25,762 bases of DNA from Campylobacterales bacterium (GCA_038205935.1 JBBRBK010000026.1:1-25762); one strand, 5' to 3'; shown: positions 8,302-17,386, counted from the first letter of the stretch. The notes: a model not told the origin generated them from the sequence alone. Program-made: numbers and translations.

Positions 8302-9875
8302 ATCCCTTTGATCATAAAGAAGACTGCAGCACTTAAAACTGCAGAAGCCGGAACAGTAATAATCCAAGCGGCAATGATCTTTTTAACAGCATCACGTTTT
8401 ACATACTTGATCTTTTTCGCACCTTTGTACTCTTTTTTCTCCAGTTTAACTACTTCTTCTTTATCATCAATCCCTTTAAAAAGTTGAACTATTCTTTCAT
8501 AATTTTGTTGCGTTTTATTATCAAGTGCATCGAGTTCTTTGAGTTCTGCACGCATATCATCTAGCTCTTTTTTATCCGCTTTAAATTTTCCTCTGACAGT
8601 TTCTAAAAATTTTGATTCTCCACGGTCAAGATATTCACGTAAAAAGCCAACACCAAAAACACCACCAACTGCGATGTGAGTAGATGAAACAGGGAGCCCA
8701 AGCTGAGAAGCGACAATAACGGTCAAAGCCGCAGCCATAGCAATACTAAACGCACGCATTTGGTCAAGCTCTGTGATCTCATTTCCTACAGTTTTGATAA
8801 GCTTTGGTCCATAAAGAGAAAGCCCTACAACGATACCGATAGCACCAACGCCCATGACCCAAAGTGGAATACCAACCTCTTTGTTGATCGCTCCGCCCAT
8901 AATGGCATCGTTGATAGCCGCCAATGGTCCGATGGCATTTGCAACGTCATTTGCACCATGTGCAAAGCTTAAAAGCGCTGCTGCAAAAATAAGAGGAATC
9001 GTAAAAAGAGAATTAACCCCGTTTCTTGTTTGCTCTACTTTATCTGCAGAACGAATAATTCTAGGTTTTATAACAAAAAAGATGATGATAGCAGATATCG
9101 TTCCTACGCTAAGAGCTGTAAGAAAACTCACTTCGATGAGATGATTGACACCTTTTAAGATAAGGTAAGTAATGAAAGCAAGAGACATAAGTGAAACAAG
9201 TACAGGTACTACTTTTTTTGCACTTTCGATCATATTTTCAGAATAAACAATATTTTTCTTGATGTAATACAAAAAGCCTGCGGCTATAATTCCACCTAAG
9301 AGTGGTGAAATAATCCAACTCGCAACAATCGCTCCAACACTGTCCCAAGCAACGATGCCAAAACCAGCTGCAGCAATTCCAGCACCCATAACGCCGCCAA
9401 CAATCGCATGTGTCGTAGAAACTGGAGCACCAAGGTAAGTAGCAAGATTCAGCCATAAAGCAGCGCTTAAAAGTGCCGCACTCATAGCCCAGATAAAGAT
9501 ATCAGGATTTGCTATCATACTAGGATCGATAATCCCTTTTTGTATTGTTTTTACAACATCACCACCAGCGATAAAAGAACCGCCAGCTTCGAAAATAGCG
9601 GCAATAACGATCGCACCCATCATTGTAAGTGCTTTTGAGCCAACTGCCGGTCCAACATTATTTGCTACGTCATTTGCACCTATATTCATCGCCATGTATG
9701 CACCAAAAACAGCACCGATAGTTAAAAATATGTTGTAATGGTCTCCATCATGGGAAAAAGTACTCCAAATAAACACAAGTGCTATAAATAAAAATGCGAG
9801 TAACAACCTCGCATATCCACTTGGCTGTATCTGTACCGAAGCCTTTTCCATACTGTTGATTGTTTTAATATCCAT
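8292..9875 (-). CDS. PiT-family inorganic phosphate transporter
   Basis: Two PiT signatures (GANDVAN twice), PVSTTH and PVSSTH, many transmembrane segments. Confidence 0.95.
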   Translation of the reverse strand: MDIKTINSMEKASVQIQPSGYARLLLAFLFIALVFIWSTFSHDGDHYNIFLTIGAVFGAYMAMNIGANDVANNVGPAVGSKALTMMGAIVIAAIFEAGGSFIAGGDVVKTIQKGIIDPSMIANPDIFIWAMSAALLSAALWLNLATYLGAPVSTTHAIVGGVMGAGIAAAGFGIVAWDSVGAIVASWIISPLLGGIIAAGFLYYIKKNIVYSENMIESAKKVVPVLVSLMSLAFITYLILKGVNHLIEVSFLTALSVGTISAIIIFFVIKPRIIRSADKVEQTRNGVNSLFTIPLIFAAALLSFAHGANDVANAIGPLAAINDAIMGGAINKEVGIPLWVMGVGAIGIVVGLSLYGPKLIKTVGNEITELDQMRAFSIAMAAALTVIVASQLGLPVSSTHIAVGGVFGVGFLREYLDRGESKFLETVRGKFKADKKELDDMRAELKELDALDNKTQQNYERIVQLFKGIDDKEEVVKLEKKEYKGAKKIKYVKRDAVKKIIAAWIITVPASAVLSAAVFFMIKGIMS

Positions 9876-10024
9876 ACTTATTTTACCCCGATGTACTAAA
9901 AATTGTCGGAATTATAGTGGAACTGCAGTGAAGGTTTAATTAAAGTGGAGAATGTTCAAGATTTTAAAGTAAAAAAGAGCGTAAAGTGAATCTCTTTAGA
10001 AGAAAGATATTATATGGGTAGAGA

Positions 10025-10690
10025 TTACTCTCTAGTACCCATTTCACCGCCGACTCTTGCAAAAAGAAGTAATGTTCCAACATCTAAAGAACGATCTGCG
10101 ATTTTTTCACTTTTACGAAGCGCACTTAAGATTTTAGTAAATTTACCAAAATCTTCTATATTTGGAGCCTGTTTGAAAACACTCTCTTGTAAGAGCTCAT
10201 ACAGATCATCTGTCTTGCTCTCCCCGATAAGTAGCTTATTGAACAACTCTTGTGTCTCATCAGAGCAAGTGGTTTTTAGCATTGCAACAACTGTGATCAA
10301 ACACTCTACTGTTGATCTTTGCATTGGAACTGCAAAATCCTTTACTGTTACCGAGTCAAGCTCTGTACAATAATTACTAAGCCCTGCTATGAAACTTCTT
10401 GTATTTGAAGATGCACGTAAAAGCTCATTTGTGATCTTAAAAAGTGAAACTATAAGACGTAAATCTCTTGCTTCTGGGGAATAAAGTGCAAGTACTTTTA
10501 TAATACTGTTATCTATCTCAGTCGTTTTAGAGCTCATATTTTTCAAGCTTTCTTTTGCGGATTCCAAAAGTGCTTTATCACATTCCATAAGTCCATTCAA
10601 GATAGCTTTATTTGCATCTAAAATATTTTCCGCAATACGAACTATTTTGTCATTAATCTCGTCTAATTGATTGCTGTATGTTTTTAACAT
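10025..10690 (-). CDS. phoU: Phosphate uptake regulator PhoU-family protein
   Basis: LALYSPEARDLR helix, D.LY and EKIAD repeats; directly after pstB with a TGATG overlap (GTG 10693 is an alternative start). Confidence 0.88.
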   Translation of the reverse strand: MLKTYSNQLDEINDKIVRIAENILDANKAILNGLMECDKALLESAKESLKNMSSKTTEIDNSIIKVLALYSPEARDLRLIVSLFKITNELLRASSNTRSFIAGLSNYCTELDSVTVKDFAVPMQRSTVECLITVVAMLKTTCSDETQELFNKLLIGESKTDDLYELLQESVFKQAPNIEDFGKFTKILSALRKSEKIADRSLDVGTLLLFARVGGEMGTRE

Positions 10691-11472
10691 CACCCAAATC
10701 TCCCCGTAATATAATCTTCTGTTTTTTTCTCTCTAGGATTCAAAAATATCTGTTCCGTTTCACCATACTCTACAAGATCACCAAGATACATAAATGCCGT
10801 ATAGTCACTTATGCGGCTTGCTTGTTGCATGTTATGTGTAACTATCGCAATACTAATATCTTTTTTTAACTCAACGATCAACTCTTCGATTGCAGCTGTT
10901 GATATAGGATCAAGTGCTGAAGTCGGCTCATCAAAGAGAAGCAGTTCAGGTTTGAGAGCAACCGCGCGCGCGATACATAAACGCTGTTGTTGTCCACCAC
11001 TCAGCCCCATCGCACTTTTGTTCATTCTATCGCTTACTTCACCAAAAAGTGCACTCCCTTTGAGGGCATCTTCTACTCTATCTTTGAGCTCAGTTTTATT
11101 TTTAATCCCTGATATACGCAAACCATAAGCAACATTATCAAAGATACTCATAGGAAACGGAGTTGGTTTTTGAAAGATCATTCCCACACGTTGACGAAGC
11201 TCGATAAACTCATTCTCTTTTTTAATATCAAGAATATTTTCCATCTCATTATTTTCTTGATTTAAAAGCATTAGTTTACCCTCATACTCATTATTTGGGT
11301 AAAGATCATGCATCCTGTTTAAAGATCGAAGCAACGTAGATTTTCCACATCCACTCGGACCGATAAGTGCTGTGATACAGTTTTTTTGTATTGGTAAATT
11401 GATATTACTTAACGACCTTGCAGGCGCGGAAGCGTATGTAAAACTAAAATCTTCTATACTCATTATTGGCAT
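10690..11472 (-). CDS. pstB: Phosphate ABC transporter ATP-binding protein
   Basis: [69 protein letters not shown]. Start moved to ATG 11472 after an AAGGA RBS. Confidence 0.97.
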   Translation of the reverse strand: MPIMSIEDFSFTYASAPARSLSNINLPIQKNCITALIGPSGCGKSTLLRSLNRMHDLYPNNEYEGKLMLLNQENNEMENILDIKKENEFIELRQRVGMIFQKPTPFPMSIFDNVAYGLRISGIKNKTELKDRVEDALKGSALFGEVSDRMNKSAMGLSGGQQQRLCIARAVALKPELLLFDEPTSALDPISTAAIEELIVELKKDISIAIVTHNMQQASRISDYTAFMYLGDLVEYGETEQIFLNPREKKTEDYITGRFG

Positions 11473-11477
11473 AATAA

Positions 11478-12281
11478 TTATCCTTTTTTTCTTGTAATAT
11501 ATCTTCCTAGAAGATTGATCATTAAAACCATCATCGTAAGTATAAATGATGCAGCCCAAGCAAGATCACGGCTTGAAGAGGTTGGATCATTTGCAAGTGC
11601 ATAGATACTTACTGTTAAAGATGGATACGCCTCAGTAAGATCAACTGAGAAATAGTTACTTGTCTCACTCGTAAATAAAAGCGGAGCCGTTTCACCAATG
11701 ATTCTTGCAAAAGAAAGCAGTAAACCAGTCATAATTCCCACTTTCGCAGCTTTCACGATGATATCTAAGATAACGCGATATTTGCTCGCACCCAAAGCAA
11801 TTCCCGCTTCACGTAACTCACGAGGAACAAGAGAAAGCATATTATCCGTCGTATTAATAACGATAGGGATCATCATAATAGCAAGAGCAATACTTCCAGC
11901 AATCCCGCTTGTTCCATGCATCGGAACAACGACAATAGCATAAACGAAAGCACCGATAACGATAGATGGAGCACTCATCATAATGTCACTCAAATCACGG
12001 ATAAATCTTACATATCTTCCACTTCCATACTCTTGGAGGTAAATACCCGCCATCATTCCAAGAGGTATACCGATGATTGATGCGATTCCAGCCATGATGA
12101 ACTGACCTACTATAAGGTTTCTCAAACCTCCGTCAATCAAGTCATTTAAAAAGAGTGAGAAATGCAGTGAGCCAAGTCCCTTAGCGATAAGTGTAAAAAG
12201 AATCCAGCCTAAAAAAGCAAGACCGATAAGCGCTGAGATCGTAGAGAGTAGAAGAACGATTTTATTAAGTAACAATCTCAT
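11478..12281 (-). CDS. pstA: Phosphate ABC transporter permease PstA
   Basis: [26 protein letters not shown] loop, [10 protein letters not shown]. Confidence 0.95.
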   Translation of the reverse strand: MRLLLNKIVLLLSTISALIGLAFLGWILFTLIAKGLGSLHFSLFLNDLIDGGLRNLIVGQFIMAGIASIIGIPLGMMAGIYLQEYGSGRYVRFIRDLSDIMMSAPSIVIGAFVYAIVVVPMHGTSGIAGSIALAIMMIPIVINTTDNMLSLVPRELREAGIALGASKYRVILDIIVKAAKVGIMTGLLLSFARIIGETAPLLFTSETSNYFSVDLTEAYPSLTVSIYALANDPTSSSRDLAWAASFILTMMVLMINLLGRYITRKKG

Positions 12282-13246
12282 TATTTATCCTTTCTTAAAA
12301 AATAAAACTTCGCAATCGATATCACCGCAAAGCTAATGATAAAGAGTAAAAATGCAAGATAAAATAAAGCCGATGTTTTCATACCTGTTGCTTCACCAAA
12401 GCTATTTGCCATAGCGACTGGAATAGATATGGTAGGAGAATTGAGCGCTTTTGGTAAAGAATAAACAGAACCTATCAAGAAGGCAACTGCCATCGTCTCA
12501 CCGAGCGCACGTCCAAGTGCCAGGATCACAGAACCGATGATTCCCGCTTTTGAATATGGAAAGATAATATCTTTGATCACTTCAAATTTAGTTGCACCTA
12601 ATGCATACGCTGATTCTTTTAAAACATCAGGCGTTGTTCGCATGCTATCTCTTGTGATCGCTGCCATAAATGGAAGGATCATAACTCCAAGAACAAGTCC
12701 AGCTGTTAAAAGTGAAACTTGATAGCCACCGACAAAACTTTGAACTATAGGAGCGAAGTAAAAAAGCCCCCACATACCAAAGATTATACTAGGAATTGCC
12801 GCAAGAAGCTCAATTGCAATTCCCACAACATTTGAGATTTGTTTTGGAGCAATTTCTGCTAGAAAAACAGCGATTCCCATTGCAATAGGCAAAGCAAAAG
12901 CCATCGCTATCAAGGTAGAAAGTAATGTACCCACGATTGGAATGAATCCACCAAAGATAGTTCTCGTCGGAATATCATCATTTCCACCGCTAAGCATTGA
13001 TTCAAGACTATTATCATCTTCTTGTGGCTTTACCTCTACTTTTTTTTCTGCAGTAGTAGTCACTACGGTTGATACAGGATTTTCTATAGGAACTTCAACT
13101 CCCCACTCTTTTCCTGTAATAAATCCAAATCCAAACTCATCAATAGCGGGTTTAGCAGAATGAAAAAGACTGATAAAGATAGACGCAAGAAGTACCATAA
13201 CAAGTGTAGCACTCATAAAAGAGACGGTTTTAAAGAGTTTTTCCAT
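12281..13246 (-). CDS. pstC: Phosphate ABC transporter permease PstC
   Basis: IELLAAIPSIIFGMWG, ESAYALGATK, LGRALGETMAV. Confidence 0.95.
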   Translation of the reverse strand: MEKLFKTVSFMSATLVMVLLASIFISLFHSAKPAIDEFGFGFITGKEWGVEVPIENPVSTVVTTTAEKKVEVKPQEDDNSLESMLSGGNDDIPTRTIFGGFIPIVGTLLSTLIAMAFALPIAMGIAVFLAEIAPKQISNVVGIAIELLAAIPSIIFGMWGLFYFAPIVQSFVGGYQVSLLTAGLVLGVMILPFMAAITRDSMRTTPDVLKESAYALGATKFEVIKDIIFPYSKAGIIGSVILALGRALGETMAVAFLIGSVYSLPKALNSPTISIPVAMANSFGEATGMKTSALFYLAFLLFIISFAVISIAKFYFLRKDK

Positions 13247-13314
13247 TAGAGACCATTTTTTATAAATTTTAAAAAATGCATAAAATGCACTTTTAAAAAT
13301 ATATTTTCGGCGAG

Positions 13315-13348
13315 ATTGTAAAATAGTTTGGTTACAGCTTGATTACAG
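13315..13348 (-). promoter_or_regulatory. Pho-box-like tandem repeat plus -10, internal promoter for pstCAB-phoU
   Basis: Minus strand CTGTAATCAA-G-CTGTAACCAA (11-bp period), 7 nt, then TACAAT; same geometry as the pstS promoter. Confidence 0.75.
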
Positions 13349-13354
13349 AAGATT

Positions 13355-13380
13355 CAGCTTGGAGTCAAAGCTCCAAGCTG
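13355..13380 (-). terminator. Stem-loop after pstS (terminator or mRNA stabiliser)
   Basis: CAGCTTGGAG-6 nt-CTCCAAGCTG, perfect 10-bp stem 17 nt after the pstS stop; no strong U-tract. Confidence 0.65.
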
Positions 13381-13397
13381 TGAAGGATAGAAAGGTA

Positions 13398-14405
13398 TTA
13401 TTTGATACCTTTTTCTGCCCAATAAGTTTCGATTTTCTTAGTAAGTTCATTTGGAAGTGGAACGAAACCAAGTTTACTAGCATCAGCGTCACCATGTTTG
13501 TATGACCATTCATAGAAAGCTGTAACTTTTTTGTCCATTTCTTTTGCTTCAGCAGGAACTAAAATAAATGTTGCAGCAACGATTGGATAAACATCTTTAC
13601 CTTTTGGATCTGCAATAGCCGCAAAGAAGTCTTTTTTAGGATCAAGATCAGCTTTTGCAGCAGCAGCTTGGAATGCTTTTAAAGTAGGTGCAACAAATTT
13701 ACCCTCTTTATTTTCAACAGTAGCCATAGCTAGATTATTTTCTTTTGCATCAGCATAATCAACATAACCAATAGAATATGGAGTTTGTTTAATTTGTGCA
13801 GCTACACCTGTGTTACCTTTACCGCCAACATGGTGATCACCCGGCCAGTTAAGTTCTTTTTGAACACCAAAAGATGTTTTCCACTCAGGAGAGATTACAC
13901 TTAGGTAGTAAGTAAAGTTAAATGTTGTTCCTGAACCATCAGCACGGTGAACGAAAGTGATTTTTTCGTGTGGAAGTTTCATCCCTTTGTTTGCAGCTGC
14001 GATAACTTTATCATCCCAGTATGCAACTTTACCAAGAGCGATATCAGCGATTGCCGCGCGGCTTAGTTGTAATTTTTTAGCATTTGGAATGTTGTAACTC
14101 ATAGTGATAGCACCAACAACACCTGGAAATTGGTAAAGTTTTGCTTCCGCTAACTCTTTAGGATTTAAAGGAGCATCAGTACCTGCAAAATCAACAGCTC
14201 TAGCTTTCATATCTTTGATACCAGCTGAACTTCCTTTAGAGATATAATCTATCTGAGTACCTGTAGCTTTATGGTAAGAACCGATCCAAGCTTGATACAC
14301 ACTGTATGGGAAAGAAGCGCCGCTTCCTTTGAAATCTGCAGCAGACAGAGAACTAGTTGTAACCATTAATGCCGCTAATGGCGCTAATAATGCAAGTTTT
14401 TTCAT
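13398..14405 (-). CDS. pstS: Phosphate ABC transporter substrate-binding protein
   Basis: Signal peptide, GSGASFP, GSSAG, VDFAGTD, HRADGSGTT, GKGNTGV, IGYVDY, YPI. Confidence 0.97.
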   Translation of the reverse strand: MKKLALLAPLAALMVTTSSLSAADFKGSGASFPYSVYQAWIGSYHKATGTQIDYISKGSSAGIKDMKARAVDFAGTDAPLNPKELAEAKLYQFPGVVGAITMSYNIPNAKKLQLSRAAIADIALGKVAYWDDKVIAAANKGMKLPHEKITFVHRADGSGTTFNFTYYLSVISPEWKTSFGVQKELNWPGDHHVGGKGNTGVAAQIKQTPYSIGYVDYADAKENNLAMATVENKEGKFVAPTLKAFQAAAAKADLDPKKDFFAAIADPKGKDVYPIVAATFILVPAEAKEMDKKVTAFYEWSYKHGDADASKLGFVPLPNELTKKIETYWAEKGIK

Positions 14406-14442
14406 GTTGATGTTACCTTTTTTTGTTAATTTGGATAGCGGT

Positions 14443-14476
14443 ATAGTAATCTGTTTTGATTACAAGTTGATTACAA
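14443..14476 (-). promoter_or_regulatory. Pho-box-like tandem repeat plus -10, pstS promoter
   Basis: Minus strand TTGTAATCAA-C-TTGTAATCAA (perfect 10-mers, 11-bp period), 7 nt, then TACTAT. Confidence 0.8.
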
Positions 14477-14580
14477 AGAGTGTTCTATGGTATAGTATGG
14501 GAAAATTTAGGAGTCTCTATGCTAGATGCATCTTCAGTCGGTGAAAACATTATACTTTTTTTGGTAATTCTAGGCATAGT

Positions 14581-14589
14581 TGCTATAAT
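14581..14589 (+). promoter_or_regulatory. Extended -10 promoter TGCTATAAT for the small membrane-protein gene
   Basis: TGCTATAAT about 35 nt upstream of ATG 14625. Confidence 0.65.
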
Positions 14590-14624
14590 ACTCACAAGAA
14601 AAAAAGGGAAATAAGGTGCATAAA

Positions 14625-14813
14625 ATGAAAAAAAGTCAAAGTGATAAAAACTGGTTTATCATATTTAGCGTAATGTTTGCATTTGGATTAGTTTGGGCAA
14701 TCGTTGGTGATGAGTGGACAAAAGTTGCCTTTGCAACTCTTTCTTTTGCACTCTTTCTATATTCAGGTATCAAAATGGAGCTAAACGCTCTTCACTCTAA
14801 AAAGGCGCATTAA
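14625..14813 (+). CDS. Small hypothetical protein with two TM helices (62 aa)
   Basis: Own extended -10, AAGGTG RBS 6 nt before ATG 14625 (GTG 14616 is an alternative), two hydrophobic stretches, terminator at the 3' end. Confidence 0.7.
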   Translation: MKKSQSDKNWFIIFSVMFAFGLVWAIVGDEWTKVAFATLSFALFLYSGIKMELNALHSKKAH

Positions 14814-14824
14814 GCGCTTTTTTT
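14799..14824. terminator. Bidirectional rho-independent terminator between the convergent small ORF and ktrA
   Basis: AAAAAGGCGC-attaa-GCGCTTTTTTT: GC stem flanked by A and T tracts. Confidence 0.7.
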
Positions 14825-14839
14825 AAAACTCTCACACTT

Positions 14840-15490
14840 CTATATTTTTTTACTTAACGCGTCAATATTTGTGCTATTTCCCAAAACAACTATTATGTCA
14901 TCTTTTTCAAGCAAATTATTATTTACAAATGATGTATGCCAAATCCCTTGATGTTTGTAAGCGATAGGCTTTAATTCATGATTATTTACAAACACAGATG
15001 ATAAAATAGAGACTCCTACCCAAAAATCTGGCACTTTTAGTTTTGCGATTTTCATTGTAATAGAAAGATCTATAGTCTCGTAGTTGATATTTTCAACTAT
15101 TTGTTTCACTAATTTTTTTGCCGATTCCATTTCAGGATAGATCACTTTTGTCGCACCAAGTTTTGTAAGTATCTGTCCATGAACTGTTGTTATCGCTTTT
15201 GCAATCACTGTTTCAACGCCGAGATCTTTAAGTGCCATAACCGTTAAAATACTTGCTTCTATATCTTCACCTATACTCACAACGGCAACATCCACATTTG
15301 CTATGCCAGCTTCTCTGAGTGCTTTAATATCTGTTGAATCAAGGATAACAATATCTTGGATAAACTCGTGAATCTCATGAACCTGTTCTTCATCATGATC
15401 AATACCAATCACATTTACACCCTGTTGTGCAAGCCCTTTTGCCACATGAAACCCAAAATTTCCCATGCCGATAACTGCATAATTTTTCAT
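14840..15490 (-). CDS. ktrA: Ktr/Trk potassium uptake NAD-binding (RCK) subunit
   Basis: VIGMGNFG Rossmann motif, VSIGEDIEASIL, AKA....H..IL.KLGA..VI.PE. Confidence 0.9.
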   Translation of the reverse strand: MKNYAVIGMGNFGFHVAKGLAQQGVNVIGIDHDEEQVHEIHEFIQDIVILDSTDIKALREAGIANVDVAVVSIGEDIEASILTVMALKDLGVETVIAKAITTVHGQILTKLGATKVIYPEMESAKKLVKQIVENINYETIDLSITMKIAKLKVPDFWVGVSILSSVFVNNHELKPIAYKHQGIWHTSFVNNNLLEKDDIIVVLGNSTNIDALSKKI

Positions 15491-16809
15491 AATATAACCT
15501 TTGCTTCTGGATATTTAATGCGGCTTTGAACCGCTTTTCCAATGATAATAACAGTAAATGCAAAAACGCCAATACGTCCCATAAACATTAAAATAATAAT
15601 ATTTATTTTTCCCCAATTGCTAAACAAAGCACTAAAGCTCAAAACTCCTCCATTACCCGTAGAAATTCCAACAGTTGCGAACGCTGAACAAGCTTCAAAG
15701 AGAGTGGGTAAAAATGGTGTACGCTCAAACTCACTCAGCAGAATTGTAGAAGCAACAACATAAATCGATGAAATAAAAATGATCGCATAAGCTTTAGAAA
15801 TCTGGTAATCCGAAATAGAACGGCGAAAGATATGTGCATGCGTATCACCTCTAATTGTATACCAAACACCGATAAAAGCCAAAGCAACAACGGTCACTTT
15901 CATACCACCAGCTGTTCCTCCTGGTGCTCCACCTATCATCATAAAGAAGGTAGAAAAAAACATATCTGCACCTGTGAGAGTTGAGAGATCGACTGTATTG
16001 AATCCTGCAGTTCTGTAGTTTACCGAGGTAAACCAAGCTGCTAAAATTTTATGTCCCCAAGAAAGACCTTTAAATGCAGTATTCCACTCTAAAGAAAGTA
16101 GTAAGAGTATTCCGGTCACTATTAAAATAGCTGTCATAAGTAAAATAATTTTTGTATTTGTAGAAAGACGTAAAATTCTCTTTTTTCTATAATAGTAAAG
16201 CTCTGTAATAACCATATATCCTATACCGCCAAGTATGATGAGTAAAGGGATCGTAATATTGATGACAAAGTCTGTTTTATAGCGCATCAAGTTGTCGCTA
16301 AAGAGAGAAAATCCAGCATTGTTAAATGCAGATATAGCATGAAAAGTGCCAAACCAAATTGCCTTTAGAAATGGCATATCGACCCAAAAACGAAGTGTAA
16401 GGACAACCATACCGATGAGTTCTATTAAAAAGATGCTTGCAAAGACCACTTTTAAAAATCTTACAAGCCCGTCCATTCCGGGGTAGTTTAAAGATTCTTT
16501 GAGGATCAAGCGATCGCGATGGCCTAGTTTTTGACGGCGCATAACGGCTAGAAATGTTACCGCCGTCATATATCCAAGACCGCCGATCTGGATAAGAACC
16601 ATGATAACAACCTGCCCAAAAGTTGTAAAATCTACGGGTGTGTCTTTTACAATAAGACCCGTTACACAAACTGCAGATGTAGAAGTAAAAACTGCATCTA
16701 TAAGGCTAAGATGCCCGTGGTGAGAAAATGGCAAAAGTAGAAGAACTGTGCCAAAAAATATAAGTGCAAGAAAGCTATAAACGATAACTCGTATCTCAGA
16801 AGTATGCAA
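15487..16809 (-). CDS. ktrB: Ktr/TrkH-family potassium uptake membrane subunit
   Basis: Four pore loops: SAVCVTGL, SAFNNAGF, RTAGF, SAFATVG; GGAPGGTAGGMK; MFMGRIG; TTG start. Confidence 0.92.
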   Translation of the reverse strand: MHTSEIRVIVYSFLALIFFGTVLLLLPFSHHGHLSLIDAVFTSTSAVCVTGLIVKDTPVDFTTFGQVVIMVLIQIGGLGYMTAVTFLAVMRRQKLGHRDRLILKESLNYPGMDGLVRFLKVVFASIFLIELIGMVVLTLRFWVDMPFLKAIWFGTFHAISAFNNAGFSLFSDNLMRYKTDFVINITIPLLIILGGIGYMVITELYYYRKKRILRLSTNTKIILLMTAILIVTGILLLLSLEWNTAFKGLSWGHKILAAWFTSVNYRTAGFNTVDLSTLTGADMFFSTFFMMIGGAPGGTAGGMKVTVVALAFIGVWYTIRGDTHAHIFRRSISDYQISKAYAIIFISSIYVVASTILLSEFERTPFLPTLFEACSAFATVGISTGNGGVLSFSALFSNWGKINIIILMFMGRIGVFAFTVIIIGKAVQSRIKYPEAKVIL

Positions 16810-16874
16810 AAACTTTTCCTAGAAATCAAATATTTATTTCGCGGAATTGTACTCTCAATTTCATAAATAACATG

Positions 16875-17372
16875 TTATTTCTTTATATATATTGGTATAA
16901 GCTCTTTAATACGCTGATATATTTTCTCAAAATCTGTCGAATAAACTCTCGTATTTGCGATGGAAGTGATGAAATTTGTATCTTTGTGCCAGCGTGGAAC
17001 GATATGAAGATGAATATGTTCAGCGATGCCAGCTCCACCACTTTCACCAAGATTCATCCCAATGTTAACGCCATGCGCTTTAAATCCCTCTTTTAAAAGA
17101 CGTACAGATTTTTGTGCCAGATCGCTTACATGTAACCAAGTTTCACTCGGTAATTCTTCGAGCTTATCCGTATGCAAATGAGGAATAATCATAAAATGCC
17201 CGGGTGTGTATGGATACTTATTCATAACCATAAAACAGTGCTCGTCACGGTAAAGTACATGTAAAGAGGTATCATCAACTGCATGTGAACTGATATGACA
17301 AAACACACAACCCTCTACATGTAAGCCACTCACATACTCACTACGCCAAGGCGCATATAGGATATCTTTCAA
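16875..17372 (-). CDS. HIT-family nucleotide hydrolase
   Basis: LYAPWR, CVFC, NKYPY.PGH, NIGMN.G..GGAGI..HIHLHIVPRW..D; TTG start with GGAG RBS. Confidence 0.93.
   Translation of the reverse strand: MKDILYAPWRSEYVSGLHVEGCVFCHISSHAVDDTSLHVLYRDEHCFMVMNKYPYTPGHFMIIPHLHTDKLEELPSETWLHVSDLAQKSVRLLKEGFKAHGVNIGMNLGESGGAGIAEHIHLHIVPRWHKDTNFITSIANTRVYSTDFEKIYQRIKELIPIYIKK
17126..17135. repeat. Iterated palindrome TTACATGTAA, copy 6 (HIT, L-H-V)
   Basis: gcTTACATGTAAcc. Confidence 0.9.
17255..17264. repeat. Iterated palindrome, copy 7, 9/10 (HIT, L-H-V)
   Basis: gTACATGTAAag. Confidence 0.8.
17315..17324. repeat. Iterated palindrome, copy 8, 9/10 (HIT, L-H-V)
   Basis: cTACATGTAAgcc. Confidence 0.8.
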
Positions 17373-17386
17373 AAGAACTCCTTCTC

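Noticed and set aside
9924..9945. Possible third Pho box upstream of pit
   Set aside because: Only one degenerate half-site (TTAATTAAAG), with different spacing from the two clear boxes.
13266..13300. Imperfect AT-rich inverted repeat in the pstC leader
   Set aside because: Two mismatches and almost all A/T; weak evidence of function.
15029..15047. TGGCAC...TTGC sigma-54-like sequence inside ktrA
   Set aside because: GG-GC spacing is not the required 10 nt, and the site is intragenic antisense.
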